Source: Mytilus californianus
Lineage: Eukaryota
Assembly: GCF_021869535.1 (NCBI RefSeq)
Contig: NW_026262723.1
Span: 99,448,001 to 99,512,000 of the forward strand
Length of the DNA stretch: 64,000 nt
Reading direction: 5' to 3'
Under the pieces are notes generated by a model, which saw only the letters and a list, made by a program, of their open reading frames with translations, searched no databases and was not told where the DNA came from. A program made the translations under genes and the position numbers. Below, piece by piece: positions 12,388-25,122 of the stretch. The stretch's first letter is position 1. Every line of letters starts with the position of its first letter.

Positions 12388-13073
12388 CAAAATTGATTTT
12401 TTATATTAAATGACTCAGAAAATGGATGAATATTACAATTAACTGAGTGCATATCTACTTAATGACATCATCCATTGAAGAAAGAAATAAATCAAGATAA
12501 CATGTGATTTCCCATGTATTTGCGTGAAATATCTGCACATATTCTTTTACTACCAGTTATGTAAGTAAACGACACTTCGCCCGCAGCAGAATACCATTTA
12601 GACATGTTAAACTACTTTTTATTAACTTAAACGTAATGTGTATGCAGTGATCTACATTAGCTTGTATATTGTTATTACTTTCTATGACAAGTGTATTGAA
12701 TTCAAGTGAAAACAATTATGATCATCCTTCATTACTATGACATGATAAAGTTAATGTTTGGTGTGATGTCACAATTACTTGCTTGGTCTATGCATGTCCA
12801 TCATATTGTCAACAAATATAAATCATAAATGATGGCAGATTCAAGTTTCTCTTTAATGTATCACCACAATAAAGTAACCAAAGTTAGTCATATACAATTT
12901 ACGTACATTTTCGAAAATGAAATTTTATTTGTACTATAGCTTTAGAAGCAAGAAGAAAATCAAAGCAGGATGATCCTTTCTCCAGTTTAGAAGGGAGAAT
13001 CGAGTTTCGTATTAGTTATATTTCACGTGCTTTAGAAAATTGTTTTATTCTTAAATTTAATATCCTTACTTAA

Positions 13074-13470
13074 GGCCCGTGACTCTAAATTGGATGCCTG
13101 TTTTTAAACTTTTATGTACAAATATTGGAGCGAGAGAATCAGAAGAACTAGGAATCAATTTGAAGTGGCCTTTTAAATACTGTCTTAGGAATCGACACTT
13201 GTTGAACGCATGTACCGAGAAGAGAACACCAATATTTATATACTAAACATTAAAAGAAGACAAAAATTTGTATTTACAGAAAAGCTCTTGCTGGCTGGTA
13301 TCTTTATATTTTAAAAAGTTACTTAATTTGGATGCACTTCAAGTATCATATACTGTGTTTGAGGATTCACAATATTAAATATTAAATATTAAATCTAATA
13401 ACACAGGTAAACTCAGATTTTATACTAAAATTTGCACCTCGTTTAACTTAAAAAAAAACTTACCTGAGCC
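13074..13470. mobile_element. Possible TTAA-flanked non-autonomous DNA element (Kolobok-like ends)
   Basis: TTAA|GGCCC... and ...GAGCC|TTAA. The terminal match is only about 5 bp. Confidence 0.3.
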
Positions 13471-13479
13471 TTAATATAC

Positions 13480-13850
13480 AAAAAATGAGAGGTCAGGTCT
13501 GACAAAAATTAGAATTAGTGCACATTCATATGCTATTGAAACAGGGATGTACAGTAAACCAAAGACGTTAGCAACTGAAAGATTCTGAAGCATATTTTGC
13601 AGAGGCAAAGTGGAAGATGAAGTGCGCTTCCTTATATATTGTCCCCTATATAAAAACCTTCGAGAGAAGTTAAGTATGATGATATCAAATCAGTAATATA
13701 TTTATTTAATCTGGAAAATTTGTTAATGCCAGACAGATATGTAATTATTTGAGTCAAGCTTTTGAAGTTCATAATAACACATAATGTCAGTTGGTCTACC
13801 CAGAGACATATATACATAGGAAATGGAAGTAATAAAATGTACTTGTGGTT
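13480..13850 (+). pseudogene. LINE ORF2 3' remnant (zinc-knuckle tail)
   Basis: RSGLTKIRISAHSYAIETGMYSKP...ERF*SIFCRGKVEDEVRFLIYCPLYKNLR resembles the LTK.RISAH.L.IETGRY...C..C..VEDE.HF...C..Y..R tail of non-LTR retrotransposons. It has an internal stop. Confidence 0.75.
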
Positions 13851-14164
13851 ATAGCATATCATCAATTTTAACTTGTTGTGTATGATGTTTTACTTATATT
13901 ATTTGTCATCGTTTTTATATGTTGTACACTTTGATCACGCATTGTCATATATATAAAATGTGCTTTTTCCAATAAAATATTTAATTTGATGTTAATGTGT
14001 ATAGTAAAATGCCCTTGTAATAGATATGTACGTCTGAATTCATGTAAAACAATACACATACAAGGACCACATTATCACAACAAAACAAAATTTGAATCAA
14101 AATACAAGTACGCTTACTACATACCGCGTGCATGGCACAAGCGAAGGTCTGTTGAGATATTTGA

Positions 14165-14615
14165 ATTAAAACGACAAAAGAGAGGACTTTAATCTCAGCA
14201 TTTTTATTTAAGCAACATTCCAGCTGCACCTGCCTATGAGGCATATATCTTTCAGTTAATACGATATTCCAAAGTTGTAACCAACTAAAGTTCACTCATC
14301 TTTTCCAAAGTTTTCAGATCGCCGTCATGACTTGGTTAAACGTTACTGAACATCTGTGTATCGATTTATGACTATTGAACAGCGGTATACTACTATTGCC
14401 TTTATTTACAGATGACCATGCATGGACAGGTTCTATTTGTCGTTGTCATTTCCTCCTTTTTCCATTAGTACTATCGAATACGACTGAGGTCGAATTTCAG
14501 TTTTCTTGTCATGAGGAACCTTATATATTCCACTAATGGAGCTGGAATTATTATACTATTCGGAGTACCTGAGTTCACTCAAAGATAATGTTTATTGGAG
14601 TGCATGTTGCGTATG
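14165..14615 (+). mobile_element. Decayed Penelope-like RT tail continuing into an R2-like segment
   Basis: DKREDFN..(shift)SNIPAAPAYEAYIFQLIRYSK, then degenerate ggagctggaattattatactattcggagtacctgagttcac, which resembles the R2 core ggagcaggatctgcttacccttccggagcacctgagatcac. Confidence 0.6.
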
Positions 14616-15043
14616 AAAAAATAATGAAGATATCAAGTTTGATTCATAGTCCAAAATGACATCAACATATTTCATAAAATATGAAATAAAGTGATCCTAA
14701 ACTATTACGGTAGGGTTTGAAAAAGTAGAAACAAAAGCTTCATGTGTGAAAAACAACCAAAGCAACGGTACGAATAGATATCCAGGTCTTCTGCATATTG
14801 CTGTTGTGCAACTGTAGCTTCTTTTGAAATAACACATATATCTTTTTTGACATATGATGCAGCTTGTGTGGCAATAAATTCCTGTGATTGGATTAACAAT
14901 AATAAGTTTGATGTGAAACGACAATTCTTCGTATAGATTCTTGCGATATAATTCATCTATGATCTAGTATTGGTATATGATCCTCGTGATACAGCCATAT
15001 TAAGAATGATCATTGATATAGTTTATAGTTGGTTCTTATTGTG

Positions 15044-15340
15044 TGCTGTTACACCCCCGTATCAAGTTAGGAGCATGCAATTCAGTGGTTGTCGTTTGTT
15101 GCTGTATATCTTATTTGTTTTTCGTTTGTTGTTTTGTACATAAAACAGACTGTTGGTTTTGTCTTTCGAATTGTTTTACATTTTGTCATGTCGTGGTCTG
15201 TTATAGCTTGCTATGCGGTATGTGGTTTGTTCATTGTTGAAGGCCGTACGGTGACCTGTAGTTGCTTACATCTACATCACATTGGTCTCTTTTGGATAGT
15301 TGTCTCATTAGCAAACATACCACATCTCCTTATTTTATAT
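15044..15340 (+). repeat. Dispersed repeat family R1
   Basis: Same core as 9388 (aattcagtggttgtcg, ttgttgaaggccgtacggtgacc, ataccacatct). Confidence 0.85.
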
Positions 15341-18300
15341 TAATATATCTAGCAATTACATGGAAAGTATATGATACATGCTTTTTTTTCCAAAGAGCAT
15401 GATACTTGTCACCTAAAAGTGACAGAAAAATCAACCAAATGACGGTAGTCATTCAACGGTAGAAGTACTTCTCTACACGAGGCATCTCTATTCCGATCTG
15501 ATGTGGCTGCGTATTTATACATCCCGCCAAACGGACAACTATTGGGAGAGATTCGTACCCTTTAGTCGGAGAAACAGGCACTTATTTGTTTATCTCTGGA
15601 TACTATCGGTGATAAGCACATAAAGAAAGTGTCTTCTAGTTCTGTCCAGAACAAATACATTACAGTTTGTTATTATTTTTGCCTCCTTTTAAGTCGAACT
15701 TGTATGGAATTATTTGTATAAAGTCATACGTACCTGGTCTTTAAAAAAGTTTACTCATTACCAAAACCAAAAAACCAATGCAAACTTCAGAATGAAATGA
15801 GCCGAAAGGTTTCGAACTCGTAGCATCAATCAGCCCGATTTCACCCTTTCATCCTACATGCAATTATCTCTGAAAAAAAAACAATTGCCTATATACATTT
15901 GTATAACACGTGTTATATTAAGGTATATGGGATTTTTTTTCAGAGACAAGTGCCTGTGTTTCATCCACTTCGATCCAATCTGAAGTACACTTGTCATATT
16001 TCATTAGATATGTTGTATACGAATGCGCATTTTGTATACACCAAAATCAATTACCAACACGCATTGCCTGCTGTCCATTTCTTCATTGAATCACATGGCT
16101 AGATATTTTATATTTGGTATTAATTCGTGGTCAATATGAAACCCTTTACTAATATCATTTTAGTAAGTGCTGATTGGCACACATGATAGTAATGTTGGTA
16201 CATAGATTTCCGTTGGTTCTTTTAGAAATGTATCGTCATCTCACTTGAAACAACTTGAAACAGCAGGAGCAAATTTTTGCATATATAACCAAACAGGCCC
16301 TAAATTACAGGAATTTTGACAATATCTTCTCTTATTTTTATATTTAATAAGGATATTTTATTTGATGGAATGCACTGTTTTATATTGATGAAACAAAATA
16401 TTATATCTGAGGAACGAAACATTTAACGACCATAAAATAACGTCTTGTGTATGTGTTTTCGAAAATTTCCAATTCACTGCACTTTAAAGAAACTGTGCAA
16501 CAATTGTTTATAATAGTCCATATGTGGCTTATTCAAATGTTATTTTAAGACATAACATTAAATTTACCCACCCACTTTTCACGTGTTTTTCAGTGGTAAC
16601 GCGCCCTTCTCTAAGTCAATAGAGATTTCAGAATCTAATACCATTTCATATATTGTCCTAAATAAGTTTCTTGAAACATTTTGTACTTGATGAATTTATG
16701 CGTATTTTAACACAGTAATGAACATCCCTACAATTCCTACAAAAACAACTACCATTACCGCAAAATTTCAGTTACGCGCATCTTTCCAATTTTTCTGGCA
16801 TATTTTTTTTTATTGTAGGGAATAAGCCTATTGATGTACACAACTTTTATAATACTTTTCTCTCGGATGGGAGCATAAATTAGTTGAATCAAAAACTCCA
16901 TTCATCAGTTTCAGCGTCTTCCATCTTGAGATGCTGGTAAATTAAGTTAAGCGCACCTCCCTCTCCCTAGTGCTACAGGGGGTATCGGATTTAACGTCCC
17001 TGCCGAGATGTGGAAATGTTTTTAGTGAAATGATATCTAAATAAGTTGAGTATTTGAAGAATCAGGCAAGTCACTCATATCATGGATGTATTATATTGAT
17101 ATATAAACTAATACTTTCATGCTCATGTCGATACAAATTATTATTGTAGATCATTGTATACATATACGAAAATTTCAAACAGTATCTTTTAACTTTTATG
17201 TGAATATACTCTTAATATGTTTGCTAGTTCGGTGACCGAGTGAGGAAAAGTCGCATATTTACAGTGTTTAATTGTCATTCTGACTATATGGCTATAAATC
17301 TCAACATTGGTAGTTAAAAGTCTAAACTTTACATTTTGACTTGTCGTCAAAAAATCGTATGGTGCAATTTTTGTAAAATGGGCTTTAAAGTACGTGAGCC
17401 GTTATTTTAAAGAATAATTGACATTAACAAGTTTTTAGGTTTGCATTGTAAAAGAACATTCGTGATATGCTTTCTGTTATGATTATTTACACTGCTGTTC
17501 CACTTTATTTTAACGATTTCAAATAAAGTTTGACCAATTTATTCGTTTTTGGAGAGTTTTTATAAAAGTTCAACACTACGAAATATTTTGCATTTAATAA
17601 GAGTACGTTTCGATTCAATTTCATAATTGTTTTTTATGTTAAAAGTAGAAAAATTGACATTAATATAATATTTTATACCTTAATTAAACAACAATATTAA
17701 ATTCATTTATCTCAGAAACATAATTTCGACTTGGAATGCTTTGTTGGAGTTTCACAGTGGTATTGCCAACAATTCAAGCCAGATACAAGGCCTAACGCCT
17801 AATCTGACGGAGTTATTTGAAGTTCATATACATCCTCTTATAGATACATATAAGCAAGGTGGATGTGCTGCATAACCTACATTCAAATACTGAGATATGT
17901 TTCCTGAAGCTGTAGAAATTTTGCTGTCAAATGTAAGAGCAGAACGAGAAGGTAATTGGTCACTTCCTTTGAGATCGTCATCTCAAATGTTACCTATTTT
18001 TTTTGTCATCAACCGTACCAATTACTCTAGGTGGATGCCAGTGTACAAACTCGATATGCTTCAACTTCCAGAGAAAATTCTGGCTTGAATTGTTGGCGAC
18101 TTTGCTTCTAAACAGACTCCGGGACATTTTAACGGTATATGGACCGACATGGCAACAGAAAAGACCACTATAAAAGATTCAAAGGGATCAGGTGACATTT
18201 TAGGTATAACAAATCAAAAGTCTGCACTAGTTAGATTGACACTAAAAAGACATTTCTTAACATCCTTTAGTTGATTTATGGCTGGTATTGCTGCAAATAA

Positions 18301-19168
18301 TGCAAATTCACACGAGGAAACAAGACCAACAGCAATGACAAGAGACGAAGAACATTGTATTGTCATTGTAAACCATCTGGATCAAATCATGACTGATCCC
18401 TTTGGTGTCGAATGCCATCCTCCATGTCTTATCAATATCTCATCTGGAATGCATACAGTCGAGGAAAACGTGAACATTTCTAAACATTTAATAACTAGTG
18501 ATCTTTATTAAGGTCTACCAAGGGGTTTATAGTCCAATATCAAAGTTAAAATTAAAAACGTTTGAAAATATGACCTCAAAAACAAACCTTAAATATAAAT
18601 CGGGGGAAATAATCTTAGTTACATAAATCCAGAACTTGTATTCAGACGTGCATTGATTTTGGCAAACTGCATATATGATGTTACAATAGAATATGTGCTG
18701 TCTCGACCTGTCGGTTCCATTCTAGTTACGATGACGGCACCTTGAGGAAATCTCCAAGTCTGATTTGGTGAAGCAATTCGAATCTAAAGTCTCTTCTGCA
18801 CTTTTTATACCTTCCTTTGGTTCAATGTATTGATGCTAAAATAAATAAAACATTATGTGACCTTGCAGCGGACTATTTGAACAATGCTTTACTCTGTCGC
18901 AGCTCACAGCTGCAGACGTTTTTGACCGCTACGACACAAAAAACTCTTTGAAGTCTGCTGAACGGGAACGCCGCACAAAGATAGGTTATAAAAGGCAGAA
19001 GTATTCTTAACGGGAAGAAATTCCTGTCTGATAAACAAAACAAACAGGCTCTCCTTAATTTCTTTGGTTGTTTTTTTTCCTCCAAATTTTGGTGGCCTTA
19101 AGCCTTTGTATGTGTAAAAAAGTTAGTTGCAAAGCTTTATGATCAGAAAAAATAAATTATTTCACCAT

Positions 19169-20017
19169 AATGGGACTGCCCCTGATTATCTCTGCGATTT
19201 AATGCCCCCACTTGTTGGTCAAATATCTAATTACGATTTGCGAAACAGTAATAATTATGTAGTACCAAGTTTTAGACTAGATATAACCAGAAAATCCTTT
19301 TTTCCATCTACTACTATTGAATGGAATAGCCTAAACCCCGACATACGTACGTCCAAAAATATAAATATGTTTAAACGAAAGATGAAGTCTAAATTGATAC
19401 AGCCACCTACCTATTTCAGTTGTGGTGATAGAAATCTTAATATCATTCATACACGTTTGAGAAATATGTGCAGTTCTTTAAATTCAGATTTACATCGTGT
19501 TAATATTAAACCCAGTCCCGCATGCAGCTGTGGCCACCCTGTTGAGGATAGTATTCACTATTTTTTGAGTGCCCTTTTTACAACGAAGCAAGAGGAATAT
19601 TGTTTTCAAAATTAGAAAGGTATGCTATATCCATTGATCTTCTATTGGCTGGTGACGGTGACCTTTCTTTTCAGCAAAACAAAGAAATTTTTGAGTCTGT
19701 ACAAGCATATATCAGAATAACACAAAGATTTAAAACAATCAATTAACATTCCGAATTCCAACTTTCCAACTCTTCACTCCAGTCCAGTTTTATATATTAT
19801 ATTCCATATTACATTGTATTTTTTGTATTTTTTTGTTTTTTGTTTTTTTGTTTTTGTTTGCAGTTTGTATTTATACATGCATTCCTACTATGTTTTTCGT
19901 CATTATCTAATGTACTTTGTGTTTATATTTAAATAGGGAGAGGACGTCACTAATGTTGGTATAACTTGTGTCCAATCCCTTTTGCTAATTTTGCAAATAA
20001 AATATGTTTAAACTAAA
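19169..20017 (+). mobile_element. 5'-truncated LINE (CR1/L2-like) inserted into the CXC ORF
   Basis: Open ORF2 tail NGTAPDYLCDLMPP..Y.LRN..SFFPST..EWNSL..HTRLR..CSSLN.DL..CSCG..ED..HYF, ending aataaaatatgtttaaactaaa. Flanked by CACCAT at 19163-19168 and 20018-20023. Confidence 0.85.
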
Positions 20018-20281
20018 CACCATGATATGAATAAAATGCGCGTCAAGCTTACCACCAGTAAAGATGTAAGTCTAGTCAGGTTGCCTCCCCGTGATGCGGC
20101 ACTGAAACAACATGTTTTATGTGCTTTTTCAAACTAAAATATGGACCGCATCACACATTGCTAAACCCCCTATTCCATCACCTTTAGAGTATGGATGGCG
20201 AGAGAATAACAATACATTGCACCCCATGTATTTTGAAAGGCATATGTCAACAAATTCTTTCAGGATCTTGTGTGTTCATGT

Positions 20282-20368
20282 TTCCCTCGGTTTTGGTTTG
20301 AGACCCGGATTTGTTTTCGCTTAGTCGATTTATGAACATTGAACAGCGGTATACTACTGTTGCCTTTA
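20282..20368 (+). mobile_element. 87-bp insertion (3' end of a repeat family) with 7-bp TSD
   Basis: Flanked by TTCATGT at 20275-20281 and 20369-20375. Its 3' half tcgatttatga..attgaacagcggtatactact(g/a)ttgccttta also occurs at 14360-14405. Confidence 0.8.
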
Positions 20369-22299
20369 TTCATGTAAGGGGAAATCTCCATGTAAAAGGT
20401 CATGATTGTGTTTGTTCACAACTCAACCTTACATGTACGGAGCTGTGCACTTGTCAGGGGTCAAATTATGCAGAAATTCCCAATCATATTCCACGACAGA
20501 TGAAACAGAACAAACTCCTTGCTCAATTCTGTTGTTTGGACCTCTTCAATGGTATTGGCTTTATTGTAATTGTTTGCGAGCTATTTAGTGGTTTGGGTTT
20601 TATGAATTACATGCATGAGCTTTTGTCAAATACGCGTTCAGGGTAGTAAGTAATCTTCAAGTAAAAACAATATTTATAATTTATTGCAAAGGCTGAAACT
20701 CACCAAGCAAGATAACTACTGTAAGTGTAACGGACTATGTATTGATCTTGCCAGTTGGATAGTAGAACAAGTGTGTGAAAAACGTCAATTTTCATAAAAA
20801 TCGAGGTTTTGAAAGGTTTTTTTTTACGCTTTCGAGATAATTCATTGGTATTTGATATAAAAAGATGTCTGTATCTGAAACTTAACATAAACTTCTACAT
20901 ATATCTTTACATTTTGAAAATAAAGAAGAAGAAAAAATGAACACAGTATTTGATCTTTGACCTTATTTTATCCAAAACTGTTACCACATATCTTTTTGAC
21001 GACATTGATATTTCGAAAGTACTTATTTTGATGAATCCAACGATATATAATATAGCTATATAGTATGTTTGACGATTAATTTTTTTAAATATTGAGTCTG
21101 GTCACCGTGCTAAGAACCTTTCGACATAAAAAGCTAACGAGGTCAATAAGTCGTTGCTGAACTTGACAAAAGAACAAGGTACCTGTATATGTTATTTTTG
21201 ATATTTGTTTCTTTACAACTGAAAACGAGTAGCGGAAAGAATAGAACAAATATGTGGTATTATAAAGTATTGGCGTACAAAATGAAATTTAATACACTAT
21301 TTACATCTGTGGAGATATTTAAATAGTACAAAAGTTTATAGCCGTCACATGTCCCCATTCAAGCTGATTTAAACTCGTTGTTGACACTGAAATATCTGTG
21401 ATTGCAGGTAAGGAAATGATTTTTAATGTGTATTTTATATTTTTACTCAAATAACACAATATAAAGTCACTTGAAACATAATTTCTCGAAAGTATTGACT
21501 GTAAACGGTTCTGTTTCATGAAGTTTACACTATTCTCAAACATCATCATTGTTTCAACCTTCATTACGCAGGGACATCCTTCCTCGCTTATCCTCGAAAC
21601 AAATCTCAATACATTTTGGAAGCACACTAACAAAACACATCTAAAATCTAAGAACATCTTTGTTTGTAATATTGAGGGAGTTCCAGCAAGTTTTAAGTTA
21701 TAAATTATTTGATAAACACAGCCATTGTCAATATTTAGTATAATATAATTTACATTAGCATATATTGATATGGACCATTGGTATTAAAATAAGCGATCAT
21801 ATTTAGGTAACCGTCCAAGTGAAAATATTGGCTTTGTTGTTTTGTTATTAGGCACGGTAAAAAAGAAGATAAATAGTTTTTGACAAAATAACACTAAGAA
21901 AACTTTACGATAAAGGGGAAATAAGCAAATTGGAATACAGAGGATGATATCAGAACACAATAAGACAGGTATATATGAACCATAATGGAATAAAAAAAAA
22001 GGAACGTAAGTTTGTGATCTTCTACACAGAAGCTAAGAGAAAATGCATGGGTTCCTCAGAAGTATAAGTTTGTACAAAATAAAGAGATGTGGTATGATTT
22101 CCAAACAGGTATGCCATACAATGCACCACCACATCAAGGCTGCTTTGCCGGTTGATACAAACACAAAACACTTTGCTTTCCAAATATTTTAAGTTTATTT
22201 ATGATTCTAGAAATGGGAGTATTTTCAACACTAATAATAATTTCTAAAATAAATTATTTTCGAAATGTGATATGCAAATAACCACTATATTCATATAAC

Positions 22300-23000
22300 A
22301 ATAAGATGTGGTATAATTGCCAATGAGACAACTCTACACCAGAGACCAAATGACAGAAGTTAACAACTATAAGTCACCGTACGGCCTTCAACAATGAGCA
22401 AAACCCATATCGCATAGTCAGCTATAAAAGGCCCCGAAATGACAAATGTAAAACAATTCAAACGAGAAAACTTACGGCCTGATTTATGTAAAAAGCAATG
22501 AACGAAATACAAATATGATATATAGCAACAAACGACAACCACTGAATTACAGGCTCCTGACTTGGGCAGGCACATACAGAATGTGGCGGGGTTAAATATG
22601 TTAGCGGGCTCCCAACCCTCTCCTAATCTGGGACAGTGGTGTAACAGTACAACATATGAACAAACTATAAAAACCAAATGAAAAGGGCTTAACTCATCTG
22701 ATCGATACAAAGCAGAAAAACAAGTAACAAAAACACAGATCGGACGTGGCAGGGTATTTATACATCCCTACAACAAAAAAGGACACTAAGTGCAGATCTG
22801 AGAGTACTCGCAGTTACTGACAGCTAGTTCAAAGCCAATAACAACTAATAAAAAAAAATCAAATCAGTATACACATCCAACATCCAATGGATTTAGCGTA
22901 AAGACGTCATTTACAGTCAGAGAAATACATGATCTTGTGAAATGCCAAAATACAGGTATCGACAGAATGTAGAATCGTGAATGTGCATATGTATATGTAT
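22300..23000 (-). repeat. Long copy of repeat family R1
   Basis: Reverse orientation of the 9388 and 15044 core, extended by about 350 bp that is also shared with 51090-51290. Confidence 0.85.
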
Positions 23001-23910
23001 ATAACAATAATATTAGTTTGGTTTCAATTAACTGATTAAGAAATCAATATTTATACCAATAAAAACAATATTTAAAGATTTAATTAGAGTGTTAAATTGG
23101 TAACCTTTACCTTAATTTGATTTCACCCGTTTACACCAATTTTAACAATAGGACAAAAGAGAACCTTTAAAAAACTGTCGACACTCTTTCCTATTTATTT
23201 TCGATGGACGGCAATATTTGTTTTCCTTTTTTTCTGAAATTTTATAACCGCTCGGTCTTGGACTATTTTTAGGTCCCCTGTAATAACATGGCTTTAGATG
23301 TCATATTTAAACTACGATGTTTTATAGTCTTATTTTGAAAAGGGATTATTTTTCTACACTGGCGTCTGTTGTCATCGACGTATATATATAAAATGATAAA
23401 TTTAATTTCTTCTTGGTTTTTTATACGCATACGAAATAATACTTGGCTATATGTTATCAAAATAGAGAGGTATATATATATACATTTTTGAACGGTATTT
23501 GTTATTCATCATATATACTATATAAGTTAATAAAATCATTACCTCTGTTATAGTGTTATCTTAAGAAATGCGTTTTATGATCCTCATTGTCAATACTAGG
23601 GTACAACCTGCGGTAACAAAAGGCTATAATGATACACGTACACTCATAACGTGGATAAAATATTGTCTAACACTCTGAAAATTATTTTGTAATTTACAAA
23701 TAGGTACTACACCCAGTTTGATATTTTACAGTTGATGTCTACCATTGTTCTTGTTCTTAGATATAATGTAAAGATCATCACGTGTAAAATAAGTTTTGGT
23801 GTTCAATTCTTTTATTACGGTTGATACGTTTGTCTTGACACCTATGGTAACGTTGTTTTTTACTAACAATACTCATGATATAAAAAGAGAAAGTGTTAAG
23901 ATATGGTCCC

Positions 23911-24603
23911 CTGTTCCATGATACTATCATTTAGACCGATGGGATAAGCTGTCTGTTCCATGATACTATCATTTAGACCGATGGGATAAGCTGTCTGTTC
24001 CATGATACTATCATTTAGACCGATGGGATAAGCTGTCTGTTCCATGATACTATCATTTAGACCGATGGGATAAGCTGTCTGTTCCATGATACTATCATTT
24101 AGACCGATGGGATAAGCTGTCTGTTCCATGATACTATCATTTAGACCGATGGGATAAGCTGTCTGTTCCATGATACTATGATTTAGACCGATGGGATAAC
24201 TATCATTTAGACCGGATGGGATAAGCTGTCTGTTCCATGATACTATCATTTAGACCGATGGGATAACTATCATTTAGACCGATGGGATAACTATCATTTA
24301 GACCGACGGGATAACTATCATTTAGACCGATGGGATAACTATCATTTAGACCGATGGGATGACTATCATTTAGACCGATGGGATAACTATCATGTAGACC
24401 GATGGGATAACTATCATGTAGACCGATGGGATAACTTTCATTTAGACCGATGGGATAACTATCATTTATACCGTTTGGATAACTATCATTTAGACCGATG
24501 GGATAACTATCATTTAGACCGATGATGATCTGCTAGCTCTTACATTTTGATGAATGGTGATCTGCTAGCTCTTACATTTTGATGAATGGTGATCTGCTAG
24601 TCT
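23911..24603. repeat. Compound minisatellite (42-bp, 24-bp, then 32-bp units)
   Basis: About 7 copies of ctgtctgttccatgatactatcatttagaccgatgggataag, then about 12 of ctatcatttagaccgatgggataa, then about 2.5 of tgatctgctagctcttacattttgatgaatgg. Confidence 0.95.
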
Positions 24604-24679
24604 TCGTATTTAATTACCTGGTTGCTCTAAATAATAGGGAAGCGGTATACATCTTTATATTGCAGATCATCCAATTGCA

Positions 24680-24915
24680 AAAAGAGGCGAAAAGTACCAA
24701 ACGAAGAATCAAAACTCATAAGTCAAGAATAGTCTGACAAAATCATGGCAAAAAACGAGAAAAATTCAAACAGCAGTATACAATAGTACTACAAAACACT
24801 ACATAAAAAAACTAAGGACTGAGCAACACGCACCCCACCTACAACAAGGGGTGATATCTGTTGTTGCAGAAGGGGTTAGCACATCTTGCTTCAATGTGAC
24901 ACGGTCGTGTTACTT
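24680..24915 (-). repeat. Degenerate R2 copy
   Basis: aaactaaggactgagcaacacgcacccca...ggggtgatat...gcagaaggggttagcacatcttgc resembles 30735-30830. Confidence 0.6.
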
Positions 24916-25007
24916 CAGTAAAATATACGTTTATTTCACGAAAGAATTACACAACATACACATCTTGTATCTATCTGGCATTAGTGATATAAAATTTAAA
25001 ATAGTCT

Positions 25008-25122
25008 TTTTTCTCATTGTTGAAGGCCGTACGGTGACCTATAGTTGTTAATTTCTGTGTCATTTGGTCTCTTGTCGAGAGTTGTCTCATTGGCAATCAT
25101 ACCACATCTTCTTATTTTTATA
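25008..25122 (+). repeat. R1 fragment
   Basis: ctcattgttgaaggccgtacggtgacctatagttg...cattggcaatcataccacatcttctt. Confidence 0.85.

Larger units (their letters stand above)
17720..20480 (+). pseudogene. Decayed transposon-associated ORF ending in a Tesmin/TSO1-like CXC cluster
   Basis: Fragments LLSNVRAEREGNWSLPL..MLPIFFVINRTNYSRWMPVY.LDM, FNGIWTDMATEKT.IKDSKG.G, RLPPRDAALKQHV..AFQTKIW...P.P.EYGW and LVCSCKGKSPC..CVC.....CTELCTC. Many stops and frameshifts, plus two nested insertions. Superfamily not assigned. Confidence 0.7.

Noticed and set aside
21319-21703. Overlapping 112-aa and 61-aa ORFs as a gene
   Set aside because: No recognisable domain or consistent splice frame was found.
23896-24249. 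117-aa ORF with (QTAYPIGLNDSIME)n as a repeat protein
   Set aside because: It is open only because the 42-bp unit is a multiple of 3. A 1-bp insertion near 24213 breaks the frame, and there is no flanking gene structure.
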